Shown: positions 59,225 through 64,000 of the stretch, in pieces | Numbering within the stretch: position 1 is the first letter of the stretch | Layout: the number at the start of each line of letters is the position of its first letter | Assembly (NCBI GenBank): GCA_964592745.1 | Contig: CAZQFL010000008.1 | Coordinates: forward strand, 747-64,746 | Direction of reading: 5' to 3' | DNA: 64,000 nucleotides | Source: an uncultured Desulfurococcaceae archaeon | GTDB lineage: Archaea; Thermoproteota; Thermoprotei_A; Sulfolobales; NBVN01 | Translations under genes and position numbers: made by a program | Notes under the pieces: generated by a model | Database searches by the model: none | Told to the model about the DNA's origin: nothing | What the model saw: only the letters and a program-made list of their open reading frames with translations

Positions 59225-60280
59225 ATGGAGAAAAGAGGATGTGATGCCTCAGTATTTGTTAGTGAAAGTAACGTGTACTACGTATCAAGGTTCCCACGAC
59301 CAATGGGTTCGTACGTTGTTATATTTAAGGATGGTAGTTCTTACCTATTAACACCGCTGCTTGACTTCTCACGTGCTAGGGATATAGTTAGGGGTACTGA
59401 GGTAAGGCCTTATGCACCATATGCGGTACCTGATGTTGAGGAGGAGTTAGGGATTAAGCTTAAGGATATTAAAGATACATTTAAGGAATTATTGTCTAAT
59501 GTTAAGGTAATATGTACAGATGAACCGCGGAGAGTCAAGTCTCTAGTTACTGTAGAGAGGATCGAAGATATTACTGATGATATCATGGAGCTTAGATCTA
59601 TAAAGACATCCGAGGAGGTGAGCTTCATGAAGAAAGCACTTCAGATAACTGAGGAAGCTTTATGGAGAGTCCTTGAGTCTCTAATACCTGGGTTAAGAGA
59701 GTATGAAGTAGCTGGGATGCTTGAGGGTGTTATGAGATACTTAGGTGCTGATGGTTACGCATTCGAAACAATAGTTGCGTCAGGACCAAACTCTGCATAC
59801 CCACATGCAGTCCCAACAAGTAGGGAGCTTAGACAGGGGGATGTAGTTGTCATAGACTTAGGTGCTAAGTATAATGGATACTCATCGGACATGACTAGAA
59901 CCATAACTATGGGTTCAGTACCTAAGGAGGTTAAGAACGCGCTCGAAGTAATTAGTGAAGCAGTCAATAATGCCATAGACGTGGCTTGCGACGGTGTTGA
60001 TGCACGTACAGTTGATTCAGCAGCTAGGGATACCTTAAAGAGGTATGGGTTATCTAAGTACTTCATACACTCAACAGGTCATGGTGTAGGTATAGATGTT
60101 CATGAAAAACCAAGACTATCACAGAGTTCTAAAGAAATTCTAAGAGAAGGTATGATAGTAACTATAGAACCTGGTATATACATTCACGGTAGGTACGGTA
60201 TTAGGATTGAGAATATGATATTGATTAAGAAGAGAAAGTCTGAAGTATTGAATAAGAAACCCCTCATCTATACGGGCTAG
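59225..60280 (+). CDS. pepQ: Xaa-Pro dipeptidase / M24B aminopeptidase
   Basis: Pita-bread fold metal ligands appear in VVVIDLGAKYNGYSSDMTRT, HSTGHGVGIDVHE and VTIEPGIY...IRIEN. Confidence 0.9.
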   Translation: MEKRGCDASVFVSESNVYYVSRFPRPMGSYVVIFKDGSSYLLTPLLDFSRARDIVRGTEVRPYAPYAVPDVEEELGIKLKDIKDTFKELLSNVKVICTDEPRRVKSLVTVERIEDITDDIMELRSIKTSEEVSFMKKALQITEEALWRVLESLIPGLREYEVAGMLEGVMRYLGADGYAFETIVASGPNSAYPHAVPTSRELRQGDVVVIDLGAKYNGYSSDMTRTITMGSVPKEVKNALEVISEAVNNAIDVACDGVDARTVDSAARDTLKRYGLSKYFIHSTGHGVGIDVHEKPRLSQSSKEILREGMIVTIEPGIYIHGRYGIRIENMILIKKRKSEVLNKKPLIYTG

Positions 60281-60304
60281 TAGCGTGTAACTATTTTCGT
60301 TCAG

Positions 60305-60309
60305 TTTTT
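60305..60309 (+). terminator. T-run candidate terminator after pepQ
   Basis: CTATTTTCGTTCAGTTTTTGG lies in the 39-nt convergent gap after the pepQ stop. Confidence 0.3.
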
Positions 60310-60319
60310 GGTACATACT

Positions 60320-61720
60320 TTATGTGTGCTGCCCCTTAATGTGTATGGGCTTACCGAGACCTAAATGCGCTACTTCACCTATCATTTCGGAGTATGTTGG
60401 GTGTGCGTAGATGACTTCAGAGAGATCTTTCAATGTAAGTCTCTTCTGTATAGCTAGTGCTAGTACATGAATGAGTTCCGAAGCCATATTACCAACAATA
60501 ACTCCACCTATAATCCTCTTAGTACTTCCCTCAACTATTAGTTTAATGAATCCTTCAGGTGTCCTCTCTAGTACTGTATAGTCTCTAGGAACTGCTGCAT
60601 ATGGGTACTTCACTATTTGAACATTAATCTTTGCCTCCTTAGCCTTAAGTTCAGTAATGCCTACAACGCCTACTTCAGGAGTTGTATATATAACCTCAGG
60701 TATGGGCTCCTTGGGTGGTACTTCCTCTGCACCAGCAATTACGTCAGCAGCTATAATGGCCTCCCTATAAGCCTTGTGGGCAAGAAGTGGTGGGCCAGTT
60801 ACATCACCTGCCGCATATATGTTCCCCACATTAGTTTTCTGTCTCTCATTAACGATTATGTAGCCCTTCTCATGAGTCTTCACACCAACATTTTCTAAGC
60901 CTATACCCTTAGTATTATACTTCCTACCAACAGCTATGAGTACCTTCTCAACATTAACATCTGTAGATTCACCATCTTTACTAACAATTCTTGCTCGAAC
61001 AACCCCATCACTTACCTCAATCCTCTTCACCGTTGATCTTAAATATACCTTAACCCCAAATCTCTTTAAGTACTTCATGATGGTGCTTGACACGTCAGGA
61101 TCATACATACTTATGATTCTGTCCAGTATTTCAACTATATATACCTCAGTACCAAGTCTTGCCAACGCACTCCCTAATTCAACACCTATGATGCCACCAC
61201 CAACTATCAGTATGGATGATGGTATCTCCTTTAACTCAAAGAAATCCCTATTACTTAATACGTACTCGCCGTCGAACCTCACACCTGGTATTTCTGATGG
61301 CTCTGTTCCTGTAGCTATTATTATATTCTTACCCTCAATAACTTCCCTACCCTCCCTTCTCCTAACTATGACTTCATTTCTACTCTTTAGTGAGGCCTCA
61401 CCTTCATACAGGTCAACATCACTAACCAAATACTTAATGCCCTCCCTAGACCTTAGAACTACCCTCTTAATCCACTCCAGAATCTTAGACCTATTAACCT
61501 CACTTATTCCTATGTTGATACCTACTCTTCTTAATTGTTTAGCGATACTTAATCCATGTGTAATCTCAATTAATGCTTTAGATGGGATACAGCCCCAATT
61601 AGTACACTCACCGCCAAGATACCTTCTCTCAACTAATGCCACCTTAAATCCGTATGAAGCTAGTCTCACAGCTGTAACGTAACCTGCAGGTCCTCCACCT
61701 ATTACTATTGCATCATACAT
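60320..61720 (-). CDS. lpdA: Dihydrolipoamide dehydrogenase-like pyridine nucleotide-disulfide oxidoreductase
   Basis: YDAIVIGGGPAGY, redox disulfide GGECTNWGCIPSK, a second Rossmann segment LIVGGGIIGVELG, and C-terminal HPTYSE. Confidence 0.85.
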   Translation of the reverse strand: MYDAIVIGGGPAGYVTAVRLASYGFKVALVERRYLGGECTNWGCIPSKALIEITHGLSIAKQLRRVGINIGISEVNRSKILEWIKRVVLRSREGIKYLVSDVDLYEGEASLKSRNEVIVRRREGREVIEGKNIIIATGTEPSEIPGVRFDGEYVLSNRDFFELKEIPSSILIVGGGIIGVELGSALARLGTEVYIVEILDRIISMYDPDVSSTIMKYLKRFGVKVYLRSTVKRIEVSDGVVRARIVSKDGESTDVNVEKVLIAVGRKYNTKGIGLENVGVKTHEKGYIIVNERQKTNVGNIYAAGDVTGPPLLAHKAYREAIIAADVIAGAEEVPPKEPIPEVIYTTPEVGVVGITELKAKEAKINVQIVKYPYAAVPRDYTVLERTPEGFIKLIVEGSTKRIIGGVIVGNMASELIHVLALAIQKRLTLKDLSEVIYAHPTYSEMIGEVAHLGLGKPIHIKGQHT

Positions 61721-61821
61721 GGGATTCACCAAAACATATTAGAGGTAAGAATAAAATTACTTACCTACGTAAGCTAACTATGTGAATAACATTAATATTA
61801 TCATAAGTTATAGTTAAGTAG

Positions 61822-62220
61822 GTGCTACCCATGAGTCTAGGACGTTGTGGCGAGAAGGTAGCTCACTTTACTTCTGTACAAGAGAAGCCTTTAGATCCTA
61901 AATTCGGGACTAAGGCGTATATTAGGTGGTTAATAAGTAAAGACGATGGTGCCAAGACATACTCAATGAGATTATTCCGTATTGATGTTGGTGGACGCAT
62001 AAATGAGCATACGCATCCTTGGGAGCATGAAATATTTGTTATCAAGGGCTCCATGAAGGTTAGGATTGGTAGTAAGTGGTATAAAGTTAGTGAGGGCTAC
62101 TTCCTATACATACCGCCGAATGTCGAACATGAGTACGTTAATGATGGTAATCAAGAATCATTATTCATATGCGTAATCCCCAATAAACCAACAGCAGAAA
62201 AGAAAATTGTTAAGTGTTAA
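61822..62220 (+). CDS. Cupin-domain protein
   Basis: Cupin motif 1 is GGRINEHTHPWEHEIFVIKG and motif 2 is YIPPNVEHEYVN. Confidence 0.75.
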   Translation: MLPMSLGRCGEKVAHFTSVQEKPLDPKFGTKAYIRWLISKDDGAKTYSMRLFRIDVGGRINEHTHPWEHEIFVIKGSMKVRIGSKWYKVSEGYFLYIPPNVEHEYVNDGNQESLFICVIPNKPTAEKKIVKC

Positions 62221-62224
62221 GGGC

Positions 62225-62599
62225 TTATCCACTCAGGTGCATCATTAATGCCTTCACTTTCTCAACTTTTTCCTTTATTTTAGATAGTAATTCGTCATCA
62301 TTTAACGCTATAACGTAGAGTCCGTAAGGCGAATACTTTACCTCGTCACATGTCCATGACACACTTCCTAACTTACTTGAGGGTACTATCTTAGACACAT
62401 ACTTAGCTCCAAATGACCCCCCAGCTATAGTTATTAGAATTACATCATGCTGAAATTCAGCTATAATCACAGTACATCCATACTCACCCCTTACAATACA
62501 TTTCTTAGCTCCCAACGACTTCATCAACTCCTTAATATTATCTATAATTTGTTTAGGAACCTTCGAAATAAGCATCCCCAATACATAATTTAATAACAC
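62225..62599 (-). CDS. Hypothetical protein
   Basis: 124-aa ORF with no recognisable motif. Confidence 0.4.
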   Translation of the reverse strand: MLLNYVLGMLISKVPKQIIDNIKELMKSLGAKKCIVRGEYGCTVIIAEFQHDVILITIAGGSFGAKYVSKIVPSSKLGSVSWTCDEVKYSPYGLYVIALNDDELLSKIKEKVEKVKALMMHLSG

Positions 62600-62641
62600 T
62601 ATATTAACTTAAAGGAGGACTTAGTTAATAGGTACGGAAAA

Positions 62642-63256
62642 TTGAAATTTATGGTCATAATACCTTACACATTGGTGAGATTTGTAGCAGGTAAGGGAAA
62701 ACCAAAAGAAATTTGTGTTGATTCTTTTGCTTTAGCACACATATCAGATATTGTTAGATATCCCTTAGTTACTTATCTATGTAAGACTATTCGTAAATTC
62801 AGAATGGAGTACCAGAGCATTACTCATGACCTAGGAATTAAAATATTAAGAAGGGAGATTCCATCATATGAGGTATTAAGGAGGGTTGTAGAAATCTATA
62901 GGAAGTTAAGCTATGAGATAAGCGAACTAAGGAGAAACCTCAACTTAAGCCCAACTCACTCATTAATGTTCTGGTTAACACCTGTGAAGATTGAGGGGAA
63001 GAATGATGAGATGCTAATTAGGTTTACCAGGTTGGCAATGTCGGGACTTCTATTTGAGAGCTTACTAGGGAAGGAAGTACTTATGGAAGATCCCACTATT
63101 GAGACTTTAGAGGAATTCAACATAGGTTTACCTTTAGAAGTGCAACCTAATAGTGTGAAGTTTGTGGGTAAAGACATCGTAATCAAAATATATAATAAAT
63201 TGCTTGCTAATGATGAAGGTTATAAGAAGGCTTTACTTAGGGAGATTCACATTTGA
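62642..63256 (+). CDS. Hypothetical protein
   Basis: 204-aa ORF with no recognisable motif. Confidence 0.4.
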   Translation: MKFMVIIPYTLVRFVAGKGKPKEICVDSFALAHISDIVRYPLVTYLCKTIRKFRMEYQSITHDLGIKILRREIPSYEVLRRVVEIYRKLSYEISELRRNLNLSPTHSLMFWLTPVKIEGKNDEMLIRFTRLAMSGLLFESLLGKEVLMEDPTIETLEEFNIGLPLEVQPNSVKFVGKDIVIKIYNKLLANDEGYKKALLREIHI

Positions 63257-63290
63257 TGCTTTAATACCTGTACTACTTGATTACTATTGG

Positions 63291-63346
63291 ATGATGAGTT
63301 ACTCCCGGACTTGAATTAGTGAGATGATGTAAACTTACCCGACTGA
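63291..63346 (+). ncRNA. C/D-box sRNA (first of a tandem pair); both guides match conserved LSU rRNA as I recall it
   Basis: AUGAUGA(63291-97)-12nt GUUACUCCCGGA-CUUG (degenerate D')-10nt-AUGAUGU(63324-30)-12nt AAACUUACCCGA-CUGA(63343-46). A TATA-like TTTAATA lies about 26 nt upstream. Confidence 0.7.
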
Positions 63347-63390
63347 CTTTAGGATTAAAACCTTTGTAAAACAATTAATGATTGAAAGCT

Positions 63391-63440
63391 ATGATGAGTG
63401 GGTAGAGTCACTGACTAGTGATGCATACAGGCGGCTCTGA
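63391..63440 (+). ncRNA. C/D-box sRNA (second of the tandem pair)
   Basis: AUGAUGA(63391-97)-13nt GUGGGUAGAGUCA-CUGA(63411-14)-CUA-GUGAUGC(63418-24)-12nt AUACAGGCGGCU-CUGA(63437-40). Confidence 0.7.
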
Positions 63441-63465
63441 GCCCTTCTAAATAACATTACCATAC

Positions 63466-64000
63466 TTAAGGTGTTAAATGCACCTTAATTACGTCTCTAC
63501 GAAAGCTTTTCTCAAACGCTTCAAAGGCATTCCTTAGAGGGTACTTTGAAGTAAGTAACTTCCTAACGTTAACAATACCATCCCTAATTAACCTTATAGC
63601 TGGTTGGAATGGCCCACATCTTGAGCTAACGATTTTAAGTTCCTTAACCACACTTAATGTGTAATCAAAGGATACTTTAGAGCCGTGTGTTGATTTAGCG
63701 GCAATGATACCTCTCGGTCTTGCTATTCTTACAGCTAAATCAAGACCTTCAGGACTTCCTGTAGCTTCAACTACGTAATCAAAGCCTTGTCCTTCAGGTG
63801 TTTTCTCCTTTATATACTCGAGAACTGTGTTTGTATCTAATACTTCATCAGCACCTAACTCCTTAGCTAATGCTGCTTTAGGTGAGTTAGGACGTGTAAT
63901 GACGATTATATTCTTAGGCATCATCAACCTTAATACCTGAAGTGAGAGTAAGCCTATGGTACCAGCACCTAGTATTGCTATTGTGCTATTTGGTTCAGGA
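63466..64000 (-). CDS. Zinc-type (MDR) alcohol/polyol dehydrogenase, partial; N-terminus beyond window edge
   Basis: The reading frame stays open upstream of the track Met to the window end. My translation gives ...PEPNSTIAILGAGTIGLLSLQVLRLMMPKNIIV, which contains the GxGxxG Rossmann motif. The C-terminal part is typical of MDR dehydrogenases. Confidence 0.8.
   Translation of the reverse strand, partial: PEPNSTIAILGAGTIGLLSLQVLRLMMPKNIIVITRPNSPKAALAKELGADEVLDTNTVLEYIKEKTPEGQGFDYVVEATGSPEGLDLAVRIARPRGIIAAKSTHGSKVSFDYTLSVVKELKIVSSRCGPFQPAIRLIRDGIVNVRKLLTSKYPLRNAFEAFEKSFRRDVIKVHLTP

Noticed and set aside
60936-61682. 248-aa plus-strand ORF
   Set aside because: It lies entirely antisense to the well-supported lpdA-like gene. 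Its S/L/T/P-rich low-complexity translation has no motifs. It is a shadow ORF of a codon-biased gene.

Overview
AT-rich, gene-dense chromosomal window that looks like a hyperthermophilic crenarchaeon. Evidence for that: archaeal-type genes (two PurP, Taw1, NucS/EndoMS, tungsten-type AOR, a FlaH-like ATPase), textbook archaeal C/D-box sRNAs, AGA/AGG/ATA-rich codon use, and GGTGA Shine-Dalgarno motifs in front of operon-internal genes. I call about 60 protein genes, mostly housekeeping. The main blocks are: (1) an 11-gene purine operon (purC-S-Q-L-F-F'-D-T-E-M-P) with a divergent second purP and a perfect 40-bp palindrome in the shared promoter region; (2) a molybdo/tungstopterin island with two divergent moeA genes, one fused to a PBP-like domain, next to a class-III aminotransferase and an aldehyde:ferredoxin oxidoreductase; (3) three TldD/PmbA-family genes; (4) four radical-SAM enzymes including Taw1; (5) a DHH-NucS-TatD cluster. 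I also found four good C/D-box sRNAs and one weaker candidate by eye. I saw no CRISPR array, tRNA, rRNA, transposase or integrase. The items most worth a second look are: (i) an orphan FlaD/E-like + FlaH-like (KaiC/RecA) pair with no other archaellum genes, preceded by an HTH + C2H2 zinc-finger protein; (ii) a ValRS-like gene whose HIGH motif reads GVAQ and whose KMSKS reads AMHKS, sitting in a co-directional block with a radical-SAM enzyme, a ROK kinase and a LOG-like protein; (iii) the 40-bp purine-promoter palindrome; (iv) a Cys-less PurF paralogue; (v) a ROK kinase whose ATP-binding loop lies upstream of any canonical start codon; (vi) a vapBC locus with an intact antitoxin and a decayed toxin. 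All functional calls come from motif recognition by eye. No database search was run.
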